Shown: positions 1-12,460 of the stretch, piece by piece
Layout of the letters: each line of letters starts with the position of its first letter
How positions within the stretch are numbered: the first letter of the stretch is position 1
DNA from: Catajapyx aquilonaris
Lineage: Eukaryota
Assembly (NCBI GenBank): GCA_000934665.2
Contig: KZ538432.1
Span: forward strand, 1-64,000
Reading direction: 5' to 3'
DNA length: 64,000 nucleotides
The notes under the pieces: generated by a model
Seen by the model: only the letters and a program-made list of their open reading frames with translations
Told to the model about the DNA's origin: nothing
Database searches by the model: none
Translations under genes and position numbers: made by a program

Positions 1-195
1 GAGCAGGAAATAAAAGGCAGTCTAGTGAAAGCCAGCGATGTGTGCAGACGTTGATTTGCTTGCTCCCTCCCCCTACGTTCCTGCCCGGATCTGTGACAAC
101 CCCGGATCACATATACGACAGATAGTATAGGTTGCCTTGCCGTAAATCCGGTGCTGGTTGTGAGCACACCTTGAGCATTCTGGAGGATATTTGAG

Positions 196-452
196 GGGCT
201 CCCAACAAGAGTAGTTCAAGTCACAAAATGCTGTTTCCGAGAAAATGGGGCTTAAAGTTTATGACATACACTGATGTCGATTGTGATCAAATATGAATCT
301 TCGCTGTTCAAGTCATCCATGAATTGTTTTGCCCGAGAACCAGTAGCCTATTGCTCGTGAAAGATGGTATCGCGACGATGCCAATCGTATAGCTATATAA
401 CTTAAAAATTTTCATTATCTGTTGTCACTTGAACCACTCTTCTTGGGATCCC
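196..452. mobile_element. Small MITE-like element with ~30-bp imperfect inverted ends
   Basis: gggctcccaacaagagtagttcaagtcacaa (~197-227) versus ttgtcacttgaaccactcttcttgggatccc (~422-452). Confidence 0.5.
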
Positions 453-765
453 AGGGGATGAGGGATCATTTTCATGAGCGGCAGGTTTGGCGCAGTACTG
501 TCTAGCCCGAGCTAGCCTGTATTTACCCCTACAAACACCCCCCCCCCTCCCACCCCCCATGTGAAAGTGTGAAGAGACCCTGCCGGACCCTGCCTCAGGC
601 TATACCCGAGTCAGATTGACAAGTGACTGGGGGAGAGCCAATCACATTGGTTTGGGGCAGGAATTTACGAGGATAAGCCGCACCTCCCTTAAAGCTTCAA
701 AATTTGGAATCCAGAGGGGGGAAAAGTCACCTTTTTCTCAAGCTCTGGGTAGAAAGGACTCTTAA

Positions 766-1345
766 AGGTGCGAACGAAAAGTATAAGTAAATTTGTGGCC
801 ATAGTGACGCCACGTCACCAGAAGACGAACTATTTGCACGTCAACAGCCGAAGGCTAACAAGTTCACTGGGAATTTCATCCCAAACAGCTAAAATTCCGC
901 TACCATTGTTATTGGTGCTCGTCTTAAACAACCTGTCTTGGTTAGTTCAGTTTCTCCTGAAGCAGGAGAGCAGCAAACGTATGTTTTCAAAATGAAATAA
1001 AACGATCCTATTATGTATGGAAGAAAGCTCTGCACCTGATTCTACGACTTTATGAAGATGGTGAAGGAATGGGCCGTAACTTTTATGCTGAGTTGCATGG
1101 CGATTCCGTGAGCAGGAAGCCCGGCGCAATAAGAACTTGGCGGAAAGTGTTGGAAGGAAAATACCCAAAAGAACGCCATTTGCATTACATTTTCGGACAA
1201 GAACATTTGAACCGCATCCAGAACAGTCGGTTAAAACAACAAAAACGAGAACTCGATCAAAACACACCAGAAAGTGGCTGCTGTCTAGAAGTCCGCGTGA
1301 TTCCTCCCAGCCCTTTTGAACTGCCGCGACTGCCGGTGAACTAGG
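766..1345 (+). mobile_element. Degenerate THAP-bearing DNA transposon relic (Kolobok-like left end TTAA|AGG)
   Basis: Frameshifted THAP-like pieces RTWRKVL..PK / KNAIC / ALHF...FE / VIPPS.ELP; ttaa-aggt at 762-769; no right end identified. Confidence 0.3.
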
Positions 1346-2748
1346 CGCGTCAACCGGCGGGAGCCAATCAGAGGGCTGAATTGTTTACTAGAGAGCAATC
1401 AACAACAAGCCATGGGTACATTCGTTGACTCCCATTCTTGAACTATTGTTGAGTGACGCTTCCAGGTTGGCAGGTGTGAGGAGAGGCTGGTGTGTCTGGT
1501 TCATTGTTTTCATGGACAACAACAGGCTGTCTCACCTGCGCCGCAAGATCCGATGGATATTATTTCAACAGATGTACTGTAACGTAATTGTGTGCAATAA
1601 TTATGAATGGGGTGTACTGTACAATAATGAGTGCTCTGCAACTGGGACAGCCTTTATTGGCTCCACACCTACATTAAAAGACGCATTCTGTAAAAAAATG
1701 AAGTCAGGTATATTATGCAGACATACATTGTGTATACCTTATGAACACTGTTTATAAAACTTTGGAGGAAAATGACTTGTACAAAATCAAGTTAAAAAAG
1801 AAGAAACAATAGAATTGTTCCAGCCTTTCTTCGTACATCGTTCTCATCACACTTGGCACGTTATAAAATCTGTTCCATATGACCAACAATGAACACTCCC
1901 TAATCTCTAAGCAGTTGTTACAAATAACGTCACCCCATAAAAATATCATTGTGTAATAATAATAATAATATTAATTTTTTTGTCAGTTGATTATTATCAA
2001 ACTCCTGAAACTACGATATTTTCGTGTCAGATGTGGCACTATATCACCGCTCACGAGGCGAAAGGCACAAAACTAATCTTTTCTTGTGTCGGTTGCCTTA
2101 TACACTCTGCTTTCTTACTGAAAATTGCAGCAGTCACCTATTCTCATTGGGGCGCGTTTAAAAATTCTCCACAGCCCGCTTGCTTCCTCTTTTTTGGGGG
2201 GTCAACAACACATACGTATAACGTCGCGCACACACACACATAAATTGCGAATTGTCTGATAAATAAATGCACTGGATCCTTGATTTACACCCTGTGCGGC
2301 GGAAAACATTGGGTGGGGGTTGATGTTGTGTTAATGTAACAATCATCACACGGCAATGGTGAAGTCGTGCATCATCCTTTCCCTGTCCCTGGTCCTCCGA
2401 AAGGGCGAGTGGTGTCCTGCTCTCTTGATCCTCCTCAGTGTGTCCATGTCACATTCGGCCTCGCTGAGGTCGTGTCCGTCCGAGAATCCGCTGGGCGGTT
2501 CCAGTCTGCTCGGGTATCCAAAGCTGGTCTCCTCTGACGGGACATAGGAGGATAGGGAGTAGTCTCCAAGGGATCCTTGGCTGCAGCGTGATGTCAGTAG
2601 GCTCCTTGTTAATGGCCAGCAGCAGGTACCAAAATCCTCCCGTGACAAGCCCTCAATGAAGCACATGGTAGTCAGCACCAGTTACTGAAAACAATGAGGA
2701 TCAGATCCAGGGTTAAGTACCAGGTTCCCACATGTGCATTATAATGTA

Positions 2749-2848
2749 CTGTATCGCTCAAAAAGATAGAGACGATTGGCATTTGATTCAAGTGCAAGTT
2801 GCACTTGAGTCAAATGCAAAATCGTCTCTATCTTTTTGGGCGATATAG
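2749..2848. mobile_element. ~100-bp palindromic MITE, TA TSD (Tc1/mariner-like)
   Basis: ta|ctgtatcgctcaaaaagatagagacgatt ... aatcgtctctatctttttgggcgatatag|ta. Confidence 0.7.
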
Positions 2849-3642
2849 TACATCAAGAAAATTCACATCTATGACGTGAAAGTGAGAAATGGTGTCTGAT
2901 GCTGAAAAAGATCTGGGTTGTCATGTTTCACCCACGACCTTTCCCTGTAAATCCATAACCTCGCAAGGCGGGGTAAGTTGTAACATAATTAAACTTCATA
3001 CCGTTTATCATCTGTTGATGGGCAAAAAAAAAAGCTGTGGAGGAAAGATGTGTTGTTCTTCCAATCTCCCATTTTCACATACACATTTGAGTAAGACCTC
3101 ACTTGTTGTTCATGGTAAGCTGTTATCACAAAAAATTACCTTCCAGTTTTCATGAAGGTGCAAATAAATTCTTTGCAACAGGAACCAGGGACTTAAGCAG
3201 ACTGATCCTCAAGTGGACGTCCAGTTTGAAAACCAGCCAGGGACCAAAAGGTGTGCAGTACCCATATCCCCAAACAAGTGCTCATCAACAGTATGACCAT
3301 ACTCTTTCAAGAGTTATAGACATTCACACTATTTCAAGGGTGACTTTTCCAAAAACAAAAACTTGAAATGATATTTTAACCTTACAAGATCTTTGAAGGT
3401 GAACAGCCATTCATGCATTAACCACATCATCATCATTACCAATAAACTGCACTATGAAAGTGCTCTACAATTAACCAGGTCTCACCATAATCATGTAACT
3501 TTCAATGACTTGAGGCAGAATCAGGTATACACCTCTTGAAAGTACCAGTTTCATCCACCTCATCCGCTGTCTCTTGCCAAAAGAGACGCCTCAAAAAATT
3601 ATGTCAATCCCAAAAAAAGGTGAACATAGTAAAAACAGTCAC

Positions 3643-5235
3643 CTAATAATTCCACTTCAAGTGCCATGTTTAAAACCTATAATGCATTTATACTGGAAGT
3701 CGTGGCTGGGAAGGACATTTTGGTTAGATAACACAAATATTCATTGCACTTCCCTGAATTTAAGACAGGTGATAATAATTCATGTCTTTCTATACGAGGG
3801 ATGTGTCACATATATTCACCAGCCACCACTTCTGATGTGTGATCTACTACTACTCATGGCCAAACTACACAATTTAAAATTGCACAATAATAGTGCAAGT
3901 ACATTTACCTGGTGTGCTATCTTCTCATATGGTTTCCTTCCCACTTCAACAGTGTCTTTCATTTTCTCCACATTCTGAAATACAATTTATGAAAAATTAT
4001 TAATGATTGAAACACATATCTTAATATGTTTAACCAGTACCTTAGGCAATATGCGAGTTTCATGATAGGTGAAGCTGTCAATGGGAGTATCCTGGTTGTG
4101 GTCCATATCTGCCAGTAAAAATATTAAATTGAATTAACTTATAATTTATTGTTTCGCTTATTTTTGATGCAACAGTAGCCGTGGCTTCACTGCCAGGAAC
4201 ATGGCCAATTTATACCAAATATTCGTAAATGTGCAATGTATTATTATAATTTATGTGCAACAAGTCACTGTTGCAGCAGAAACCTGTAAATGTAATGTCT
4301 AACCAGATAAGCAGTTTTGGTGTACAATAATGTTACAATATCTCACCCAGGGATGGACTCCTCTGGACCTTTGAAATCTCCTTAGTCATCAAATGCAGAG
4401 ATTCCAACTTTGTGGCTGAAACTATAATGGTTTAAATCTTTAAAAAGTCTCATTATGTTGGAGGAAAAGGTCTGTATCTAAATTATAGGAGAAAGAATGC
4501 AACAAACCATTTCCAGGGGCAGTGACAGTGGAGAAATTGACATCCTTTGGAAACACTGCAGCCAACTCCTCCAGGAGGATTCTCACATGGTGATGCATTA
4601 TTGGATTACCATCACGCTTCTCCAGTTCCTCCATCACAGTTTCAGTCAAGCTACTAAGTGACTTATATGGCTTCCTACCTTCCCGCAAACAACATAAAAA
4701 CTTGCATATCTTTGTTGCACTATTCACAACTTTGTTCTTTGCCTTTGCAAGGTTCTCAAACATTTGTTGTCGCGTAGTACAATATCCTCCTGCAGAAAAT
4801 AAAAGGTTCCAAAAAATGTCAAATGAAGTCTTGGGCCCGCTTGGGGCTATCTCCTCACAGAATGGGCTTGTAAATTTTGACCTTGAAAAATTATATATTT
4901 TTAGTGGCAGTAGATGTTCTTACAAGCAGAACTACAAATAACTGAACTGAAAAAAAAGTTGATTCCACCATCTATATGTAGGCTACTTACTAGGCCCACT
5001 TGATTCCTGCTTCACCAGCTCTTCGCCAATTTCAACAGCCTTGATCTTATTCGCAATCACCTCACATACGAGGTATGTAATGCTGAAGGTTGGTGACTTA
5101 AACTCCAGCAGGTCGATCTCCTCTCCATATGAAATTGCCGGGCCATTTTTTATCTCCTTCAGAAATATCACGTCATCATCCCCCACCTCCTCGTCATATG
5201 TGAGTCCATCGTCATGACAGGTCCCCATAATTGAT
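3643..5235 (-). pseudogene. Decayed spliced exons with SIM-like DDDVIFL and an OTU/vertnin-like protease relic
   Basis: Exon 5235-4991 splices in frame to the exon starting 4789 (..AVFPKD..TAPGNGLLHSFSYNL.., then stop/frameshift). Further small AG/GT-bounded exons near 4108-4041, 3974-3909 and 3752-3643 (EYLCYLTKMSFPAT..INAL*VL). Confidence 0.5.
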
Positions 5236-5300
5236 CTGTAACGCAAAATTGATATATAATTAAGGATGGAATCAGTGACACACACTTGTCATTTGCCTAT

Positions 5301-5938
5301 GGACCTTTTAGCCGTGACGTATTTGTTTACATTTTTCGCGGCGGCCATCTTGTTGGTTGGGCAGAACCAGCAATGGCGGCATGCTGAGCAACAATATATC
5401 GAGTAAGTAAGCCACACCGGGCTCTTTTCGGTTCCAAATTGATGTGGAGGGGAGGGCCAGATTGTTGGCCGCCGTCAGGAGAGTGGAGAAGATCGAGAAA
5501 AGTTGGTAACCCACCAAACATCGACGGATTTTCGGAGCTCACACTTTGCACAAAGTAACCATTTCCCGTGTTTATTTCCCTGCTGGAAGTAGCAGTGTGA
5601 CTAATTAACCCTAGCGAACCTCACAGACCGTCACAAACACTGCCAACTACACGAGCTGGAGCGAGCCATTTACCCACGAGAGTATATCGTATCGCGTATC
5701 GTATCGCTTCGCCTCTCCCGTAGTAAGACTTTTCGCGTAGTGCGGCAGTGGTTCCAAAGGGCGGGCCATGTCGGGGAGCCCCGTAGGTAGGCCACGGGCC
5801 AACCACGGGCCACAGCAGAGCTCACAAACCCCGGCAGACCTCGAAAACCCTGCCAACAACACTACGGGCAGGATAGGGGTTTTACCCAACCAACAAGATG
5901 GCCGCCTTTGTTGTGATGACGTACCGGTCCATAGGTCC
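5301..5938 (+). mobile_element. Non-autonomous ISL2EU/Harbinger-like element with a THAP zinc-finger relic
   Basis: AT|GGACC...GGTCC|AT ends; subterminal IR ggcggccatcttgttggttggg / cccaaccaacaagatggccgcc; frameshifted MAAC..SFRF.ID.E.RARLLAAVRR...W*PTKHRRI.GAH at ~5373-5550. Confidence 0.6.
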
Positions 5939-6645
5939 ATAGGACCATAGGTCAATAAGGTCAGTAAGTGAACCAGTTAGTTTTCAGATTAAACGCAAAC
6001 TGGCAGTCTCCCATAGCTGCAATATTTATATTATATCCATTTTCATCAATTCCACACCAATAACAACACACCAGAATAATAGCTGCCCTTGAACCTTCCC
6101 AAAAGAGCAAAAAACACAGGTCCATTGCCTAATTATGACCACTCTCAAGACCTACAAAAAGGGTTAAACCATTGGACTCCACAATCGGAGCCACATTCAT
6201 TTCCATGATCATTAGTCATTACTTATCTTTGGTTGCTAGCGCAAACAACTTAGAACTTGATCCCTTGGCTGGACGTGAACTTGGGGAGTGCAGCACTTTA
6301 AGGTTTCACCTTAAAAATATGTAATCCAGTTCCTGGAACTAAGGTAACTTTAGCCATTTAAGACCCTATGCAGGGAAGGCGACAAAACAAGTTCAAGGGG
6401 GGGAAAAAACTCTGGCACCAGCAAATCCAATTAGAAAAAAAGTACACCATTTCAATTCATTTTTTTTTCATTACCCCACGGGGGGAGTTATGCTACTCCT
6501 TAGGGGGGGGGGGGNGGGGGGGTGGGTTACCACCATTGGAATTTATTTTGGAGCGAGTTTAAGAAGAATCTTAATTAGTGTACTCCAAGGGTGGGTGGGA
6601 GGGGATGTGCAAAGTGCAAGTGCAATGTCTCTAATCGTCATTTTG

Positions 6646-6809
6646 TGAACTCCCCCGGGTGGCTTAGTCTATCGGAAATTGCCACCCGAAACGAAGCCAG
6701 AGATGGACCAACTCTGCACGAAAGAAGGTGGGAACCCCGGGTGGGGATTGAACCCGGGACCTTAACTTCCGTGGGCGTGCGCGTTCCCGCGGCGCCACTC
6801 CGTCTCCCC
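6646..6809 (-). mobile_element. tRNA-derived SINE fragment
   Basis: A-box-like gtggcgccgcggg and B-box ggttcaatccc on the minus strand, followed by a non-tRNA body. Confidence 0.5.
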
Positions 6810-7246
6810 ACATTTCAATTCATTACAGAGACTTGATCAATTGCAAATACGATAATTGCTGGCTCTTTAATCCAGTACCTACGGCTTAATAGTGGCACCT
6901 TTCTATACTAGAACAGTCACCTTCAAAAAACTCCACAGTCTTTGGTTTCCCTCCCTCCCTTCACTCACATCTGCTGGTTGTACAGCATGCTGTGAGGAAA
7001 CATTTTCTCTCCGGTAGAGAGCCAAAAAGCGTCCAACTTAGAACTTAAATCGCAGCACTCTTAGCATTAATTGCAGCCTGACGTGCAGCAACACTCCAAC
7101 TCAGTAATAATTTGTGACCTAGTCAAAATGACCAAATTCCCCTGTTAAAACTGCCCCTCTCGGCACATACCAAATTTCCCATCTTCAACCTTCCTAGAAC
7201 GACCAGTGACCCTTACAAGAATATTCTTTGGAATGTTCCATTTTAA

Positions 7247-7499
7247 CCCTATATAACTACTTAGGTGGTGCCTGAGCAGCACTATTTAAACGTGATGTAA
7301 CTTGTCAATCAACATTTTTTTTGTCGTTTTTCTGTCGGAATATGCTGACTCAGCGTGTGATTTTAACGTTTACGGAAACCTAATTATCTGAACTGCACTT
7401 TCTGTATGTGAAAAGTCCAATATAACAGTTTAGCTGATAAGCAGAGATTTAAATATACCGTTGGTGCTGCTCAGGCGCCACCTAAGTAGTTATAAGTGT
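7247..7499. mobile_element. piggyBac-like MITE
   Basis: ttaa|ccctataactacttaggtggtgcctgagcagcac at left; inverted copy gtgctgctcaggcgccacctaagtagttata at ~7464-7494; right end degenerate. Confidence 0.6.
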
Positions 7500-8343
7500 T
7501 TCCACCTTCTCTACAAATTATATTGGCCGGTGAGTGTTCCAACGGGAAGCTCAGCTTCCTGGTCGAAAAAAATGGCGACCTTGACCCTGTCTTTTGACAC
7601 ACCTGCAATTCCAGGCCGGTTTTTCTCCCACGCTCAGACTGGTGCCTCACCCTGGAAGGTACTCCTATCACCGTGGTCAAGCTTGCGGGTTCCAGCAGCA
7701 CCCGGACGACCCCTAGAAGACACGCTGGTCTTTTATCTTTTCAGAAGAGACTCAGCTTCCGGAAATGGAACCCCATTTTGCGCCTTTTTTGTACTACACA
7801 AGCGGTTCGGACTCTCGCCGCCAGGTCTTGATCGCAATGCCCTCTACCGAGGAAGATGGGAACTTCCTGTTGATGGCCACTGTACACGTTACACGTACAG
7901 TAGTTGCCAAAATTATGTGCCAACTTGTTCGCTTGTTGGGCATAAATTTTTGCAGAGTAGTCCGATTGAGCTGGGATTTAAAATATGTCATGCACAATAA
8001 AATTCTGTAGTCATTTAAGTTTTGAAGCATTTCTGAGCTGTAGAAAAAAGCATGTCATTTCATATGCAGCGACATTCCCCAAAATGTTCTATCAGTCGTA
8101 ACCATCTGAAAGCTCTGCCAGATGCTATGAAACTTCCCTCACGCCTATTCCATTTAAAAATGTCTGTTGCTTTACCATTTTGTGGCCATGTTACTTTTGT
8201 CTGAAAAAAACTTCCGCTTCCCTCTGAAATTTTAATAAAAATCACAGGAATTAATCATGCTCTGGAATGGACATAAAGACAACAGTTGTTGGTGTGTCGG
8301 TGCCATTGGTCCAGATCAGGGGTCCTCTTCAAGTGACTCGCTG

Positions 8344-11300
8344 TCACTCGTCTTGGTCACTATCAGTCAAGGTCACGATCTTGCTGAACAAGTCGTTGAA
8401 GTAGTGCTGCTTTCCCGTTCTCTCTGCAGGTGTTGCATAGGCTGTATCTACACAGTAAAAATTATAACACCCATACAGTAAATTATAATATGGGGAGGGT
8501 CATGAGGTTAAAAGATATTGTCAGGCAGATGTAGAGTAACAGTAGAGACTAAAATGACTACACTGCATGCTTCAATAAAGCCCTTATTGATGGGCTTATC
8601 ACTTTTTAATGATTATTTCAACAAAAATGTGGCTTATTCACCTTTTGCCTCCTCAAATTTACCATGCAGCACCCTGTTCTGGGGCGCTGAGATTGAATCT
8701 TTGGTAATGTTTTCCGCCGCAGAAATTTCGTTGAGGAGTGTTCTGACATCCTTCACTTTGATCTGGCCTGTGATATGCTTCATAAGTCGCTTAGCCACCA
8801 CATTCAATGGCAATCCAGCCTCCTGAAAAACCTTGAGATGGGCCTGAAGAGCCTTTGCTTTGGTGACCAGCTGATCCTGGCAGTTGAGCATAAGCTTGAG
8901 ACACTCAGATAAATCATCACTGGCAAGTGGGAGCTGAGCCAACACGAACCTCATGCACAGAATATGTGATACCACTTTAGCAATGTGTACGGTCGGTAGC
9001 TGAACCACCCCTGAAGGCCCAGCGCTACCATCAGCTACATCAAAAAGAGCAGTCTGAGGTTCTTCCTGCAGAGGTGGAGTCACGTCGTCCAACGGCTGGA
9101 ATTCAGCGGCAGCGCTTTCCTTTAGTGACCCCAGGTCTGCCATCAAACAAGTGTTGTCACTGGCAATACGGCTCACTGGGGAGGCACTGGCAATGCTGCT
9201 CACAGGGGAGGCACTGGGCAGGCTGGGCAACGGGGAGGACCTGGGCAGGCTGCGCATGGGAGAGGAACTGGGAAGGGTTTCCATGTCAGCAAGATCTGAT
9301 GGTTCACGCTGACCTACAAATGAAGATGGCAATAATCTATCAGTTACAGTAAGTGGTGCAGGCTAATAAATTTTAACAGGTACTAGCAGGAAGCCTGCCT
9401 CCAAAAGTTGCCTAAAGAGATGCCTGTGATACACCCTTTCTCACAGGACAGCCCATTACATCATTTTTTAACGACTATTAAACAAGAAGCTAAAGGCATT
9501 CCTTTTATTGCATGACGTTTGCTAGTCGTACTGAGATTTGTACAAACACCTAATATGTAGAAATTAGTATGTCTGAACAGCCCAGATGTATCTGCAGCCA
9601 GTAGGATCTACCTGCAAAAGATGGTGAAACAGGGATATAGCAGAATTGCTCCAGTCAGTGAATAATTTACTCTGACAAAAACCACAATGAAACTCATCTG
9701 TCTGTGCAGTGGTGAAACTTCTGCTATATCGAGGGTCTTCTGTATGCTTGTTTACTTCATTTTAACATTACTTCAAATGTCAAGAAATTGCTTACCCATC
9801 ACCAATCCTCCCATTTTTCCATGACTCCGATCTGAGTTAGCTTTATCTTCTTTCACTTGCTTTTCTTTCGCAGGCCTCGCTTGTGTCAGTGTTAAATGCA
9901 TCTTCCCTGCAGCTGCTTTTATTCTAGTAGCATCTTTGCACTTCTCTGACTGCCTGCGTTGTTCTTCCTCCTTTCTCTGCCTTTCCTCTAGTTCTTTCAC
10001 CTGCATCAGCATTATTTCTTCCTCTTTTCTCTTCCATCTCTCCTCTTCCTCCTCCTTCTTTTGCAATGCTTCCTCTTTCCTCATCTTCTCTAGTTTCTGC
10101 CTGAGGTTTTCCCTCTGCCTTTCCTCTTCTTCTCTCAATCTTGCCAACATTTTTCTTTGCTTCGTCTCCTCTTGCAGCCGTTGGGTTTCCTCCTGCTTCA
10201 GTCGTTGCTCTTTCTCCTCCTTCAGCTGTCGCTCGTTCTCTTCTTTTGGTGGTCGTTCTTTCTCTGCATTCAGCCATTGCTCTTTCTCCTCCTTCAGTCG
10301 CTGGACCTCCTCTTCCTTCTGCCGATGCTCCTCTTCTTTCTGCCGTATCTCTTCTTCTTCTTTCAACCGCTGTTCTTTCTCTTCTTTCTGCTTGAGCTCC
10401 ATGGTGAAGTACGAAGATATTGCTCTCTCATTCTTCTTTTTTCTTTCTGCATTTGCAGCCTCTTCTGCCTTCATGTCTTTGTCATACTTTGCCTTGGCAT
10501 CTTTTTTGGCCTTCTGGTAAGCATTTTCTATTTTCTTAACATTGGATTCAAAGCGGGCCTGAACTGGACCACAATCATCCTCATAACTTTCCTTCTCAAC
10601 ATCTAGTTTCTGTTGGTAGATTTCCTTGTATTCATCTTTATCTTCCTCTGACGTGGCCCAACTTAAGCTCTTATCCAAACCCCTCATTATGTCAGCCTCT
10701 GCTTTGGCTAATGTTGACTTACACTTTTCTAAATCAGACTGCAATTTTTCTACTTCCAGAGAGTGTTTTTTATCCTTGTCTGATTCAGCCATGGTCACGG
10801 CATTTTTGTAGGCCTCCTGGATAGCCTCCACTGCCAGTGCATGACTTGTTTCGATTCCTGCTGCAACTCCTGCAAGTGGTATTGACTCAGGAGCTTCAGC
10901 CACACCCGCACTGTTGCTGTCACATTCAGCAATAGTAACTTCAATAAGACCATCCAAGACCATATCACTAGTGAAAACATCTTGTCCCATGTAAGTGACA
11001 CAGTTATTGTCAGCATCAATCTCCATATCACCCTCTACTTCTTCAACAATGTTATTATCAATGTTGTCATCATCAACAACAAAATCATTGCCAAAATCTT
11101 CCTGCACATTGCTCACAGTCCTCACACCAGGGGCCTCCTGCACATAATCATTCTCTAAATTCTCTGTTCTGTCACTTGCAACTGTGTCTGATATTTCCAT
11201 GGCTTCGGATAACTCAAGATCAGTTATCCTCATATCCCCATCTGTCATGGTGCTCGACCTTTGTTCCACTCTACTCACGCTCTCCTGCATCTTTTCCTTA

Positions 11301-12460
11301 CCCCCTGTTCTCCTTTCCATCTCTTTAAAAAATCTCCTGTCAGCTTGGACATCAAGGTCTTTTGCCGTTGCGAGATGCTGGTTATATCTTGTCATGCGCT
11401 CCACGTAGATGTCACTGAACATCTGCTTGGGCTCCATGGTGAAGTACGAAGATATTGCACTTTTTTTTTTCACCCCATCACCACTTGGAGGTTTGCCATG
11501 CCCGTACTTCTTTAGTAGCTCATCCATTACTTCCAGACCCTTTCCTGTCCTGTAAAAAAGCAAATGAAACACATTTTATCAGATGCATTACACTCATTGC
11601 ACTGCTAACATGACTATGAGAGCATGTACAGTGTTGGTCATAAATCGAGGCAACTGACAGCGACATTTTCCGAAGCAGCAGAAGGAATGGAAGATAAGCA
11701 TACCAGTACTTACAAGCCAGGCGAGCAAAATTTCTTCTTCTGCCGCTTCAGAAAATGTCGCTGGCAGTTGCCTCGATTTATGACCAACACTGTACCTCAT
11801 ATCACCTGTCACGGATGCAAATATTACACCAATAACTGACCGCATGCTTAAATCTGCAAAAAAAATTCAGGAACAGATTCCCATTTCATTCATTGCAAAT
11901 GGCTGTGAAAATCCTGCATTGGGACAAAACTAATGTTCCACAGTGGACAAGTTTGCTTTTTCTGCGTTCAGCTCCTTAATATTAACCAGCTACTTTGGAA
12001 TAGCTACTTTTGGTGGCCATATTAATATATTAGCTGCTAATATTAAGGCAAATTAAATTGCCTATCTAAGCTCTGAATTGTAATTAATTCATGGTTGGGA
12101 GTGGTCAATGAACACAATTGGTGTCAAACGTAAACTGTAGAATCCATTTCAATCACACCAGATTCCATGGCATGTGTTACAAATTATGGATCCTTCCAAA
12201 TATTAGCAACCAAAAATGTTTCCTAAAATAATATGAGCGATGGTTATTTCACACAATTGATATGCTCTGCAACCTGTACATGCAACGAGCTTCATCTCAA
12301 TTGACGTGTACACTCACCCAACTGCCTGATCCTTCTTGCATGACCGTGCCGCAATTTCTGCTTGTGTCAGCTTATGAAGCTTCGGCTTCAACTTGTCAGA
12401 TTCAGGGGCAGGGCGCTGGGCTGTCAATTTTCTGCAAAACGGGTTATCCTTGGAACCCAT
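8344..12460 (-). CDS. Spliced orphan gene, ~906 aa: CxxC, acidic region, long E/K/R coiled coil, S/P repeats; no recognisable family
   Basis: Exons 12460-12318 (ATG), 11853-11806, 11549-9796, 9313-8642 and 8447-8344 are all GT-AG and phase-consistent. They include ORFs 9773-11572 and 8634-9332. Confidence 0.65.
11629..11792. mobile_element. Tc1/mariner-like palindromic MITE, TA TSD, in intron 2 of the orphan gene
   Basis: ta|cagtgttggtcataaatcgaggcaactg ... cagttgcctcgatttatgaccaacactg|ta; ~55-bp TIRs. Confidence 0.85.

Noticed and set aside
9924..10811. Several overlapping or antisense ORFs (Ser/Phe/Leu-rich)
   Set aside because: Shadows of the low-complexity E/K coiled-coil exon
11806..11853. 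YWCNIC as the end of a PHD finger
   Set aside because: The upstream exon lacks the other Cys/His ligands
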